Program-made: the position numbers and the translations under genes
Source of the DNA: Pseudomonadota bacterium
GTDB lineage: Bacteria > Pseudomonadota > Gammaproteobacteria > Pseudomonadales > Azotimanducaceae
Assembly (NCBI GenBank): GCA_036161055.1
Contig: JAYYDI010000155.1
Coordinates: 1 to 46,524, forward strand
Direction: 5' to 3'
DNA: 46,524 bases
The notes under the pieces: generated by a model
The model's input: only the letters and a program-made list of their open reading frames with translations
What the model was told of the DNA's origin: nothing
Database searches by the model: none
Shown: positions 19,395 to 28,974 of the stretch, piece after piece
How positions within the stretch are numbered: the stretch's first letter is position 1
Layout: each line of letters starts with the position of its first letter

Positions 19395-21455
19395 GTGAAG
19401 GAATTGCGCATAATTATTTTTTTTGGATTTTTATTGAGCTTAGTCGGCTGTGATTTTCGTTCACATCTGAGCACACCCGAAAATTCTTCTAAACCTTATT
19501 ATGGAGATTGGGGGATTGATCTCTCGGCCCGAAATAACGAAGTTGATCCAGGAGATGATTTTTTCGAATATGCAAATGGAAAATGGGTGACAGACAATGA
19601 AATCCCTTCTGATCGATCCAGACACGGTGTTTGGCTCGAACTCAGAGAGAGAGTAGAAAAACGTTTGTTGGAAATTGTAGAGAATAAGGATGACCTAGGG
19701 TCAACGAGGAGCGCCTCACAACAAAAAATCACAGATTATTATGCAAGTTGGATGAATACCGATCTGCTCAATCAGCTTGGGCTAGCGCCACTGAAAAAGG
19801 ATATCAAACGAATTAAATCGATTACCAGTCGGTCGGATTTAGCGAGTGAATTTGGCAGACAATACTTTGTTTCGGGAGCAAGCCCGTTTTACGCTCGAGT
19901 TTCTGTAAACCCGTTGAATCCTGATCAATACCAGATCCAGCTTGGTCTTTCCGGTTTGGGCCTGCCCGATAGGGATTATTACTTAGAGGATACAGAACGT
20001 TTTAGGAATATCAGGCTTCATTATAAGAGATACATTGCGAGTGTTATTGAGTTGGTGGGTATTGATTCTCCGGACAGCAGCGCGAGGAAAGTATTAGACC
20101 TCGAGCGGCAAATTGCCCTAGTTCAGTGGCCAAGGGCAGATCGCCGTGACAGAGACAAGACTTTAAATCCTACAACTTATACTGACTTAAAGAGCGCCCA
20201 TCCTAGTTTCGATTGGGATAAATTTTTTTCAAATGCGGGTGTTTTTTCCATTAAAGCGTTGAATGTAAACCAGCCGGATACTCTAGATCCTCTGATCGCA
20301 CTGACTAAAAATCAATCATTAGAAACTTGGCAGAATTATCTAATTTTTCATCTAGTCAGGAAAAATTCTAGCTTGCTATCCGAAAAATTAGATTTGATGA
20401 ATTTTGAATTTCGCAAAGTGCTGACTGGACAGAAAGAACAATTACCTCGATGGAAGAGAGGAATACAAAGAGTGGGTGCCCGATACGGCCTCGGAGGTTT
20501 GTTAGGAGAGCTTTACGTGGAAAGATATTTCCCGCCAAGTTCAAAAATAAAGATGAATGAACTGGTCAATAACCTACAAAAAGCTTTCCGCAATCGTATT
20601 GAGGCGATTGAGTGGATGACAGAAGAAACAAAGTCCGAGGCTTACAGGAAATTAGCTTCATTTGAGCCAAAAATTGGGTATCCGGAAAAGTGGGAGGATT
20701 TGACTTCAATAGAAATAAAAAAAGACGATTTATTCTTGAATGCGAGGCGCATTCAAAACTTTTTTGAAAAAAGGGACATTAGCAAATTAGATCAGAAAAC
20801 TGATAGAACCGAGTGGTTTATGAGCGCACACAACGTAAATGCTTATTATATGGCCAGTTTTAACCAAATTGTTTTCCCTGCCGGTATATTGGAAGCTCCA
20901 TTTTTTGATCCCCTAGCTGACGATGCCGTCAATTATGGTGCCATCGGTGGCGTAATCGGCCATGAAATGGGACACGGATTCGATGATCAAGGTTCTAAGT
21001 ATGATTCGACTGGAACTAAGAGAAATTGGTGGACGTCGTTAGATCGTAAGAACTTCGAGAAAAAAACAACATTGCTAGTAGAACAATATGACTCGTTTGA
21101 AGTAATTCCTGGTCACTATATTGACGGTTCATTTACTTTAGGAGAAAACATAGGTGATCTTGGTGGTTTGGAGATAGCGTTTGAAGCTTACAAAATTAGT
21201 ATGCGTGGGAAAGAGGATGTGATTTTAGATGGTTTATCAGGTTATCAGAGATTCTTTCTTGCTTGGGCTCAGGCATGGAGAGGTTCTAGCAGGGATGAGT
21301 TTTTATTGAGACAGTTAAAATCTGATCCCCATTCTCCGCAAAAATATCGAGTAAATGGAGTGGTTCGAAATATGTCTGGTTGGTATGAAGCGTTTGGTGT
21401 TGGCTCAGAGCACGATCTCTATTTGCCGGAGAACCTAAGATCAAGTATCTGGTGA
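19395..21455 (+). CDS. M13 family zinc metallopeptidase (PepO / endothelin-converting-enzyme-like), lipoprotein
   Basis: The HExxH site is IGHEMGHGFDDQG and a downstream GENIGDLGG block is present. An in-frame GTG at 19395 gives (M)KELRIIIFFGFLLSLVGC, which has a lipobox. The ORF-track start 19278 overlaps the pyrD end and adds a non-signal extension. Confidence 0.8.
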   Translation: MKELRIIIFFGFLLSLVGCDFRSHLSTPENSSKPYYGDWGIDLSARNNEVDPGDDFFEYANGKWVTDNEIPSDRSRHGVWLELRERVEKRLLEIVENKDDLGSTRSASQQKITDYYASWMNTDLLNQLGLAPLKKDIKRIKSITSRSDLASEFGRQYFVSGASPFYARVSVNPLNPDQYQIQLGLSGLGLPDRDYYLEDTERFRNIRLHYKRYIASVIELVGIDSPDSSARKVLDLERQIALVQWPRADRRDRDKTLNPTTYTDLKSAHPSFDWDKFFSNAGVFSIKALNVNQPDTLDPLIALTKNQSLETWQNYLIFHLVRKNSSLLSEKLDLMNFEFRKVLTGQKEQLPRWKRGIQRVGARYGLGGLLGELYVERYFPPSSKIKMNELVNNLQKAFRNRIEAIEWMTEETKSEAYRKLASFEPKIGYPEKWEDLTSIEIKKDDLFLNARRIQNFFEKRDISKLDQKTDRTEWFMSAHNVNAYYMASFNQIVFPAGILEAPFFDPLADDAVNYGAIGGVIGHEMGHGFDDQGSKYDSTGTKRNWWTSLDRKNFEKKTTLLVEQYDSFEVIPGHYIDGSFTLGENIGDLGGLEIAFEAYKISMRGKEDVILDGLSGYQRFFLAWAQAWRGSSRDEFLLRQLKSDPHSPQKYRVNGVVRNMSGWYEAFGVGSEHDLYLPENLRSSIW

Positions 21456-21631
21456 TATTGTGATTAATTTCGTTCACGCAAGATATTTACTAAGGTTCCA
21501 AAATGACAAACCTGGATTCTCTGCAGGAATTGTAAATCAGGCTTTGGATCGCGATGATATTCTCGGGAATTTTGGAATCTGAGCTAAAGAATAGGAGAAT
21601 ATTGAATTTGTCACGTGAGGAGATTAAATAA

Positions 21632-22126
21632 ATGAGATTCATTTTTTTTGTAGTTGGTTTGTTCCTCTTCTCGGCATCGACAATTGGGGACGAAATTCAG
21701 GAGATTACAAATCTTTACAGAACATGGATTGTTGCTGTTGAAGAGGGAGACATTAAATCTTACGTCTCGGTTTTGCATGAGGATGTCAAACTAATGCCCC
21801 CGGGTAGTCCGCCATTCGAGGGAAAGGAAAAATATAAGGAATTTTTAAAACCCGTTTTCGCATCGGCTGATTACGAGATTGATGTAAAGGTTGAGCCTAG
21901 CGTCGATATCTTGGGTGATGTGGCAATCGCGGAATACGAATACGTAATTTATCTTAAGTTAAAAGAAGGTCAGGAGGCGATTAATCAGCCTGGCGCTATT
22001 CAGGCGTCCCGAAGCCATAACGCTTACTTTGATGTGCTTATAAAAAATTCACAAGGGAAATGGTCTGTTTTCAGGCACACTTGGCGGGATAAGGGTTACG
22101 ACATGGCTGCGAGCGATTCAGGCTAA
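21632..22126 (+). CDS. Exported SnoaL-like / DUF4440 (NTF2-fold) protein
   Basis: A signal peptide is present. LYRTWIVAVEEGDIKSYVSVLHEDVKLMPPGSPPFEGKE and the later GKWSVFRHTW are typical of DUF4440/ketosteroid-isomerase-like proteins. Confidence 0.55.
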   Translation: MRFIFFVVGLFLFSASTIGDEIQEITNLYRTWIVAVEEGDIKSYVSVLHEDVKLMPPGSPPFEGKEKYKEFLKPVFASADYEIDVKVEPSVDILGDVAIAEYEYVIYLKLKEGQEAINQPGAIQASRSHNAYFDVLIKNSQGKWSVFRHTWRDKGYDMAASDSG

Positions 22127-22272
22127 TTGTTGTAGACTCGGTTTTTTTTTCCTCGACAGCGTTTGGAGCAATATTTCACTTCTGTCCAATTAAACTGCCA
22201 CTTTTTTCGCCAGCTAAAAGGCCTCCCGCACGAAAGGCATAATTTTTTCTCCAGATTACTTTTCTTGTGCAT
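22123..22272 (-). CDS. DUF2256 zinc-ribbon protein
   Basis: KKLCLSCGRPFSWRKKWQFNWTEVKYCSKRCR matches the DUF2256 consensus (CxxC...CxxxC). I use the internal Met (MHKK...) because family members are ~50 aa; the ORF track starts at 22308. Confidence 0.7.
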   Translation of the reverse strand: MHKKSNLEKKLCLSCGRPFSWRKKWQFNWTEVKYCSKRCRGKKNRVYNN

Positions 22273-22346
22273 AAGCACGCCTACGCTCTCTTGGAAAGAG
22301 CGGCTCACTTATCTTGATAAAAAAATAAAAAAACACTCGTGAAGAT

Positions 22347-24023
22347 CTACAGATCTGTCACCGCACCCAGCGAGGCGGAGCTGACAAGCTTGGCGTATTT
22401 GGCTAGCAGCCCTTTTTTTGCGTAGGGCTGAGGTTTTGACCAGGATTTTTTTCTCGAAGCCAGCTCCTCTTGAGTCAAATCTACGTCAATTGTTTTCGAT
22501 TCTGCGTCTATCGTGATTCGATCACCATCTCTAAGCAGTGCAAGAGGTCCTCCCTCGTATGCCTCTGGTGAGATGTGTCCTATAACGAAACCGTGGGATC
22601 CCCCTGAGAACCTACCATCAGTGATTAATGCTACACTCTTAGCTAGCCCTCTTCCGTTTATGGCGCTAGTCGGTGATAGCATTTCTCGCATTCCCGGCCC
22701 GCCCTTTGGTCCCTCATATCTGACGACCACAATATCTCCTGCGACAACGTCGCCATCTAGTATCGCCTTTAATGCCGCTTCCTCGCCTTGAAAACATTTT
22801 GCACTTCCCTCAAAAGAAAGACCTTCATGCCCAGTAATTTTCGCGACTGCTCCTTCGGGCGCTATGTTGCCTCTAAGCACAACTAAGTGTGAATCTCTTT
22901 TTATCGGATTATCATAGGATCTGATAACTTTTTGCCCGTTGGGGTAGGGTTTAACGTTCTCTAAGTTTTCTCTCAGTGTTTTTCCGGTTACTGTCAAACA
23001 TTCACCATGCAGAAAACCATTTTCCAAAAGCGATTTCATCAAAGGTTGAATGCCACCAATACTTATTAATTCACTCATTGCATACTGACCTGCTGGTCGC
23101 ATATCAGCAAGCACAGGGACTTTCTTCCCGATTCTGTCAAAATCATCAATTGTTAGCGGAATGTTCGCAGCTTGGGCAATCGCTAACAAATGTAAGACGG
23201 CGTTCGTGGAACCTTCCAGCGCTATGACAGTAGTAATGGCATTTTCAAAGGATTTCAAAGAAAGAATATCCGACGGTTTTATGTCCCTATTAATTAGCTC
23301 TAATACCGCAGCCCCTGCCGCATAGCTGTCTGCCCGTTTGTTTTCTGAAATTGCTTCTTGAGCAGATGAGTTGGGTAGAGAAAGGCCTAGCGCCTCTATT
23401 GCGGAAGCCATTGTGTTCGCGGTGTACATGCCCCCACAGGATCCTGGCCCCGGGATCGCGGTGGACTCAACTTCTTTTAACTCGATGTCTGAGATTTTTC
23501 CAGCCGCATGCTGTCCGACCGCTTCGAAGACTGACACAACATCTCTTCTGTTTTTTCCCGGCTGGATCGTGCCGCCATAAACGAAAACGCTGGGTCTGTT
23601 GATACGAGCCATCGCCATCGCACAGCCCGGCATGTTTTTATCACATCCACCGATCGCCACGAATCCATCAAACCCTTCGGCACATACTACCGTTTCGATT
23701 GAATCTGCGATGACTTCTCTCGACACAAGTGAGTAACGCATTCCGGGAGAGCCCATGCTGATGCCATCGGATACAGTAATTGTGTTAAAAGTAACTGCTT
23801 TGCCACCAGCCTCATCAGCGCCTAAACCGGCCGCATCAGCTAATTCGTTAATGTGCATATTGCATGGAGTCAGGTTGCTCCAAGTGGAGGCAATCCCAAC
23901 TTGTGATTTCTTGAAGTCATCCTCGGTGAAGCCCACCGCGTGGAGCATAGCTCGCGCGGCTGCTTTCTCCTTGCCGTCAACGACGAGAGAGGAATACTTT
24001 CTGCCTTTTTTGTTTTCTGCCAT
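22347..24023 (-). CDS. ilvD: Dihydroxy-acid dehydratase
   Basis: Motifs present are the Fe-S ligand region GGCDKNMPG, TVSDGISMGSPGMRYSL, PGPGSCGGMYTANTM and TDGRFSGGSHG. The 558 aa length fits the short IlvD type. Confidence 0.95.
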   Translation of the reverse strand: MAENKKGRKYSSLVVDGKEKAAARAMLHAVGFTEDDFKKSQVGIASTWSNLTPCNMHINELADAAGLGADEAGGKAVTFNTITVSDGISMGSPGMRYSLVSREVIADSIETVVCAEGFDGFVAIGGCDKNMPGCAMAMARINRPSVFVYGGTIQPGKNRRDVVSVFEAVGQHAAGKISDIELKEVESTAIPGPGSCGGMYTANTMASAIEALGLSLPNSSAQEAISENKRADSYAAGAAVLELINRDIKPSDILSLKSFENAITTVIALEGSTNAVLHLLAIAQAANIPLTIDDFDRIGKKVPVLADMRPAGQYAMSELISIGGIQPLMKSLLENGFLHGECLTVTGKTLRENLENVKPYPNGQKVIRSYDNPIKRDSHLVVLRGNIAPEGAVAKITGHEGLSFEGSAKCFQGEEAALKAILDGDVVAGDIVVVRYEGPKGGPGMREMLSPTSAINGRGLAKSVALITDGRFSGGSHGFVIGHISPEAYEGGPLALLRDGDRITIDAESKTIDVDLTQEELASRKKSWSKPQPYAKKGLLAKYAKLVSSASLGAVTDL

Positions 24024-24076
24024 TGCCCTTCTCTTTTTTTCAAAAAGGAACTTACACGATCGAAGGTTTTTATTCC

Positions 24077-24104
24077 ATAAAAAAGGCCGGAATGATCCGG
24101 CCTT
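24077..24104 (-). terminator. Rho-independent terminator closing the upstream minus-strand cluster
   Basis: The minus strand reads AAGGCCGGA-TCAT-TCCGGCCTT followed by TTTTTAT. It is GC-rich with a 9-bp stem and a 4-nt loop. It lies ~180 nt after the flavoprotein stop and ~55 nt before the ilvD start. Confidence 0.6.
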
Positions 24105-24281
24105 ATAGAGGGAGTCAAAAAAGACTCATACACTAGCCTCGAATATTGGGAGAGATAAACGAGACATCAAAATTTACGAGCACCGTTCGAATACGGATGA
24201 ACTTTCTTTTTTTGGCAAAGTTTTTTTTAACTTCTTCAGATATCTACGCAGCATCTTTTCCGGTTACTAATCCGATCATTT

Positions 24282-25727
24282 CTAGTCGGCCTGGACCGCT
24301 TTGATAACGAGCTGAGCTATTTCGTTTCCGTCCCGCAGCATGTATTGAAATATTATCCTTCGAATTTTTCTATTTTTAAGGAAATCTCCCGGTTTTTCCA
24401 AAAGGTTAAAGGATTTCATCACACCACGGAAGACATCTATATTTTCGCGAGAAGAGCTAGCAATTGCGTCCCCTATAGATGCCCTAAGCCATTGCTTAAT
24501 CCCTTTCGAGGGTTCCAATGTGGACCCTTTTAGACTTGCTTCTGCTCTTTTCTTGCCTAGCCTATCCTCTCGCAAACTGGCTTGATAAATCGGTCTGAGC
24601 TCTTTCTCAGTTAGCCGGTCAAACATCAGGGCCCTTTCGGTCGGCGAGTTATTGCTCGATATTGCTTTTTCTAGAAGGTGCGAGTGAACAATCCCGGTGG
24701 AGCACCCCCTACCATATAAAGGATTTGTTCGAACAGCTACATCGCCAACAGCAAAATAATTCAAAGCCTCGGGACGATTGTCTTTTACAAAGCTGCGCCA
24801 AATGGCGTTGATTTTCCCGAAACCAAAGGAGTTTGTTGTAGCCCTAGATTTACCTTTCCTCACCCATGGCTCTAGGCCGGGTATTGCCTCGCAAATTTTA
24901 TCAAACATTGCGGGGACTCTTACTGCGTTTCTTAATTCTTTTTCATGATTTGGAAGACACAGAATAATGGCAAAATGACCGTTATCTCCAGGAAAAACCC
25001 CATATTTTATATAGCCTAGATCGCCCGCGCCTCGGTTCTTTCCAGTCCTATCTGGTTCATTTTGGTCGTTTCCTAATTGATAATGTTTAGTGTAGTAAAC
25101 AATTTCTGCGTCTTCGCTCTCTTCTTTTATCGTTGCCCCAAAATCCCTCAGCCATTTCGGAAACTTGCTGTTTTTGCCGCTAGCATCAACAATTACATCA
25201 TGTTTGACTGATCGGACCGGACCCCTGTTTTCTCTGAGCCTGAGTCCTTGAAGGCTTATCGTTGAATCGCGCAGTTCTCAGAGTGGAGCAACGACCTCGT
25301 GCTTGCTCAAAATGGTAATCGACGGTATTTCTTCTACATATTTTCGTAGCACCGATTCCATCGTGGCGCGCCGGCACATTAATAGCCACATTTGTTTATC
25401 GTCTGGCTTTGGAGCGTATGACCCTTTTATTTCCTCTGGAATCATATCCTCGAAGCTTACTTTTCTGGCCCCAGCCTCCCAAAGCCTTTGAACTAGTTCG
25501 GGGTAATGCTCCTGCAACAGGTTACACATGACTCCAAGAAATGCGTGAGGGTGGCGGAACTGAGCAGCGCCTCTTCTCGACCATTGAAAAAAAGCCTCGT
25601 CGGGACTACCTAAGGGAGGGGCTGAATCTCTCTCATAGATGGTGATGTTATAGTCGTGTTTCGACAGAGCCAGCGCAGAACTGAGCCCGCATATGCCCGC
25701 ACCAACAATACCAATATTTTCTTTCAT
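24282..25727 (-). pseudogene. FAD-dependent oxidoreductase/monooxygenase interrupted by one in-frame TGA (codon 150, at 25278-25280)
   Basis: The N-terminal Rossmann motif is IGIVGAGICGLSSALAL...YERD. I translated the region between ORF-track pieces 25278-25727 and 24282-24908. It is in the same frame with no other stop: ...HEVVAPL*ELRDSTISLQGLRL...DVIVDASGKNSKF...FAVGDVAVRTNPLYGRGCS. The flavoprotein DxxGxxS and GD motifs are present. Confidence 0.7.
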
Positions 25728-25745
25728 GCTGCAAAGTTTACTCTA

Positions 25746-26696
25746 TTAAAGAGAGGCTAGAAAGTTAAGCAAAATACGATTTACATCGTCGGGAGCCTCT
25801 TGCTGAGTCCAATGACCGACGCCGGGAATCAATTCATTTACTCTAAGGTCTTCGACGAAGTCGGGCATCTTTTCAAGCGCGTCTCTTGCAAGAGTGATTA
25901 CTCCGTCTTTCTCGCCGGCTACAAACATTGCAGGTTGTTCGATCTTACTTGGCTCTCCTGCTGTTAGCTCCCATGTCAGGTCATGGTTACGGTAATAATT
26001 TAAAGGCCCTTTGAAACCGCTCCTCTCAAATTCTTTGGTATAAAAATCCAGATCATCTTCAGAGCACCAACTCCCGAGACTTTTTGGATCTTCGATGTCT
26101 GATAGAAGGTCTGTTTTTTCGGAGAGCAAAGCTACAGAACTCGGGCCTTCATAACTGCCGGAAGCCAAAAAAAAGAACTTTCTTAAATTGATCTTGATAT
26201 TTTTTTCCCATTCTGCCTCCGCTATCCCGGGTTTCTGGAAATATAATTGGTAAAAGAACAACCCTTTGAAAATTTCTTGCATTCTCTTGAGCGGGGGATC
26301 TTTTGGTCTTGGTGAGAACGGAACCGACAGCACTCCTACGGCTTTAATAAGATCGGGGTAATTCAAGGCACAGCGCCAGGCCGTCGGCCCTCCCCAGTCG
26401 TGACCGAAAACAACTGCCGACGGGTGACCCAGCGCCTCAATCAGCCCAATGACATCTTTCGTTACCTCGACTTGATTATAAGCCTCAATGTTCGATGGCT
26501 TGTCACTTTGTCCATATCCTCTCATATCCATTGCAACCGCATGGTAGCCGGCGTTCGCGACAGCAGGAATTTGATGTCTCCAAGAATACCAAGACTCTGG
26601 GAAGCCATGAACGAACAAAACTAGCGGCCCTTCGCCTGCTTCCGCAATGTTTAATTCTATTCCATTGGTTAAGATTCTTCTTTGGTTAAAGAGCAC
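25746..26696 (-). CDS. Alpha/beta hydrolase, epoxide hydrolase-like
   Basis: The oxyanion/cap motif HGFPESWYSWRHQIP is present. The nucleophile motif GHDWGG and C-terminal GHWTQQEAP are typical of soluble epoxide hydrolase family members. Confidence 0.85.
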   Translation of the reverse strand: MLFNQRRILTNGIELNIAEAGEGPLVLFVHGFPESWYSWRHQIPAVANAGYHAVAMDMRGYGQSDKPSNIEAYNQVEVTKDVIGLIEALGHPSAVVFGHDWGGPTAWRCALNYPDLIKAVGVLSVPFSPRPKDPPLKRMQEIFKGLFFYQLYFQKPGIAEAEWEKNIKINLRKFFFLASGSYEGPSSVALLSEKTDLLSDIEDPKSLGSWCSEDDLDFYTKEFERSGFKGPLNYYRNHDLTWELTAGEPSKIEQPAMFVAGEKDGVITLARDALEKMPDFVEDLRVNELIPGVGHWTQQEAPDDVNRILLNFLASL

Positions 26697-26697
26697 T

Positions 26698-28362
26698 TTA
26701 ACCCACGCTCACGATATTTCCGGTTGTTGCATTGGTGTAAGATCCTTTTCTGTAGGCAATCGATCCTCCAATAATTACGGTGTCTATACCGATAGCGTCT
26801 CTGACATACCTATGCCCATCTCCCGGAACGTCGTCTGTGTAATATTCTTTACCGCGATCAATTTTGTCTTCCTCAAAGATAGTCACATCGGCAAGAAAAC
26901 CTTCCTTAAGACAACCCCTCTGTTTCATTCCCCATATGGACGCGGTGTCTAGCGTAATCTTCTTCACGGCATCCTCAAGTGAAATAGCCCGAGATTTCCT
27001 TACAAACTGACTGAAAAGATAACCTGTGTCGCCGTAGGTTGAGAACGACAGGATGTGGGCACCACCATCACTCGCGCCTACGTGAACATGCGGATCAGAC
27101 AAAAGTTCGCCAATCATATCGTTATCCGTGTGCCCCATATTTTCAGCAAGGAAATGTGCCTGAAGACTTTCCTCTAGCGACAAATCAATCATGGCTTCGA
27201 CGGGGGTTGTATTTCTCTTGCTCGCGATTTCATCAAGTGACAACCCGAGATATTTTCTGTTTTGTTCGTTATTAACTTGACGCAGAGTGATGCTGTTCCA
27301 AAAAGGCCCTAGCATTGACGCTTCTTGAACTAGTTTTGCTCTTTTTTTCTCGTCTTTAAACGCTTCCATTATTTCAGTATGGGTGCCGAATCTCATGATC
27401 TTGTACCAGGAGGGCAGCCTTATGAAAAGTAGGCTAGGCACTTCGAAGCAGAAGCTAATATCAATAGGGCGAGTCTGGATTTGAGGCCAGACTCTTGCTC
27501 CCCGTTTGAATTGCTCTTTCACTCTTTCCATCACTCTCTTCACCCCGGAGTCGTTTTCGGTGTTCACAAACAAAGGAGAGAGTGTGGTCGGGATTCTATG
27601 CCGCAAGCTAATCTCAGCCAACTGATCGACGCGCGCTATTGTAACGTCTGCATCAAAAAACTCATGAACTACCTGGAGCATCTTATTAGATTCGCTGAGC
27701 ACATCGCAAAGCGCGTTCAATTCCTTTTGGTCTGCAAATCTACTTGGCACAGGCGCTAAAGTTTCGTCAACATCGACAAAGCTAGTGCTCAACCCAATCG
27801 CTCCAGCGGACAAGCACTCCCGAAGGAGCGTTTGCATGTCTTTTATTTCCCTCTCATTGGCTTCTCTCTCTGCAGATTGATCGCCCATAACCCAAAGCCT
27901 TAATACGCTATGACCGACAAGGGGCGCTACATTGATGCTTAGGGATTTTTTTATTCGTTTAATAAATTCGTCAAACGTTTCCCAATCCCATTCGACTCCC
28001 TCTTGAAATGCTTTTATCGGCATTTCCTCAATTTGGTTAAACATTCCCACTAACTTCATTCTGTCGGTTGATTTGAGTGGCGCTAGGGAAAGTGAACAGT
28101 TTCCCGGAATAATCGTTGTTATACCGTGTTCTATTGCGGGCTTTGCCCGACCATCCCAAAGCAGTTGTGCATCGAAATGGGTATGGGGATCTATGAAACC
28201 CGGCGCGACCACCAGTCCAGAGGCGTCCAACTCTTCTTTCCCTGAGTCTTTTACGCTACCTGTGATGACAATTTTTCCATTTTTTATGCCGATGTCGCCT
28301 ATATAAGCAGGAAGCCCCGTCCCATCCACTACTTTTCCATTTCTAATTATCAGGTCTAGCAT
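26698..28362 (-). CDS. Amidohydrolase, N-acyl-D-amino-acid deacylase (D-aminoacylase) family
   Basis: The N-terminus LIIRNGKVVDGTGLPAYIGDIGIKNGKIVITG....VAPGFIDPHTHFD is the canonical start of D-aminoacylase-type metal amidohydrolases. The length is ~550 aa. Confidence 0.8.
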   Translation of the reverse strand: MLDLIIRNGKVVDGTGLPAYIGDIGIKNGKIVITGSVKDSGKEELDASGLVVAPGFIDPHTHFDAQLLWDGRAKPAIEHGITTIIPGNCSLSLAPLKSTDRMKLVGMFNQIEEMPIKAFQEGVEWDWETFDEFIKRIKKSLSINVAPLVGHSVLRLWVMGDQSAEREANEREIKDMQTLLRECLSAGAIGLSTSFVDVDETLAPVPSRFADQKELNALCDVLSESNKMLQVVHEFFDADVTIARVDQLAEISLRHRIPTTLSPLFVNTENDSGVKRVMERVKEQFKRGARVWPQIQTRPIDISFCFEVPSLLFIRLPSWYKIMRFGTHTEIMEAFKDEKKRAKLVQEASMLGPFWNSITLRQVNNEQNRKYLGLSLDEIASKRNTTPVEAMIDLSLEESLQAHFLAENMGHTDNDMIGELLSDPHVHVGASDGGAHILSFSTYGDTGYLFSQFVRKSRAISLEDAVKKITLDTASIWGMKQRGCLKEGFLADVTIFEEDKIDRGKEYYTDDVPGDGHRYVRDAIGIDTVIIGGSIAYRKGSYTNATTGNIVSVG

Positions 28363-28392
28363 GCTTATGGTCCCTCTCTTATTTAAATGTTT

Positions 28393-28617
28393 TTAGCGGT
28401 TGTGAGACGATTCGATCGCGTCTCTAACTTTGTCCCACTCAGTTCCTACTATTCCTTCTATCGATTCAACTTGGCAAGATTCCATCAGCGAGGTGATTGC
28501 GAAGTAATCCAAGGGAACTTGAGTCAGTCCACCATTATCATGTTTGATCGTCAACAAAACCTCAGCAATCCCCTCATGAGAAGCCGAAATCTTTAAATCT
28601 TGCACTTTGGCAATCAT
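28393..28617 (-). CDS. Hypothetical small protein (74 aa)
   Basis: The ATG overlaps the TAA of the upstream small ORF (TAATG). It has the same orientation as the whole cluster and an acidic soluble composition. I recognise no motif. Confidence 0.4.
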   Translation of the reverse strand: MIAKVQDLKISASHEGIAEVLLTIKHDNGGLTQVPLDYFAITSLMESCQVESIEGIVGTEWDKVRDAIESSHNR

Positions 28618-28856
28618 TAGGTTCTTGGATTTTCAATAAAAATAATATCGCTAGGTAGTATCGGGTTTCCCGCTCGCGGGCTACCTGCTGGTGGAGCTTT
28701 CCTCATGAACACATGCAGGTTCCAACTTTGAAGCAGTTTGACCGCTTCGTCTACCTCAAATTCGGGCATTTCCGCTCGCGCTATTGATTCCCACGTGTCT
28801 TCAACGCCAGGGTAAATTGATTTTCGGAACTCCGTCAGCTCGCTCATAATGCCCAT
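28617..28856 (-). CDS. Hypothetical small protein (79 aa)
   Basis: It is an open frame in the cluster orientation, translationally coupled to the next ORF. A GGAGAG lies 13 nt upstream of the ATG. I recognise no motif. Confidence 0.4.
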   Translation of the reverse strand: MGIMSELTEFRKSIYPGVEDTWESIARAEMPEFEVDEAVKLLQSWNLHVFMRKAPPAGSPRAGNPILPSDIIFIENPRT

Positions 28857-28974
28857 CTTTTTAGAGTTTTCTCTCCATATTTTGCATTAAAAACTCTTAC
28901 TAAGTCTATTCCCCAATCAATGAACCGATGTAATTTTCCTGAAGTAATCTAAGTAGATAATTTTCTCAAATCAC

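Noticed and set aside
21611-21618. Perfect 8-bp palindrome TCACGTGA overlapping the RBS of the DUF4440 gene
   Set aside because: About 180 perfect 8-bp palindromes are expected by chance in 46.5 kb, so this is not significant on its own.
24024-24281. Leader-peptide attenuator for ilvD using the hairpin at 24077-24104
   Set aside because: The small upstream minus-strand ORFs (MSRLSLPIFEASV and a 26-aa Lys-rich one) are not enriched in Ile/Leu/Val runs. The hairpin is better explained as the terminator of the upstream cluster.
25278-25280. Selenocysteine or genome-wide TGA reassignment as the explanation of the in-frame TGA
   Set aside because: Other genes in the window clearly terminate at TGA. 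I see no convincing SECIS-like hairpin within ~60 nt downstream, and no sel genes are present here. This is kept only as an option to test.
28387-28596. 69-aa plus-strand ORF overlapping the 74-aa small ORF
   Set aside because: It runs against the orientation of the whole cluster and has no coupling or RBS. The minus-strand ORF is favoured, but only weakly.
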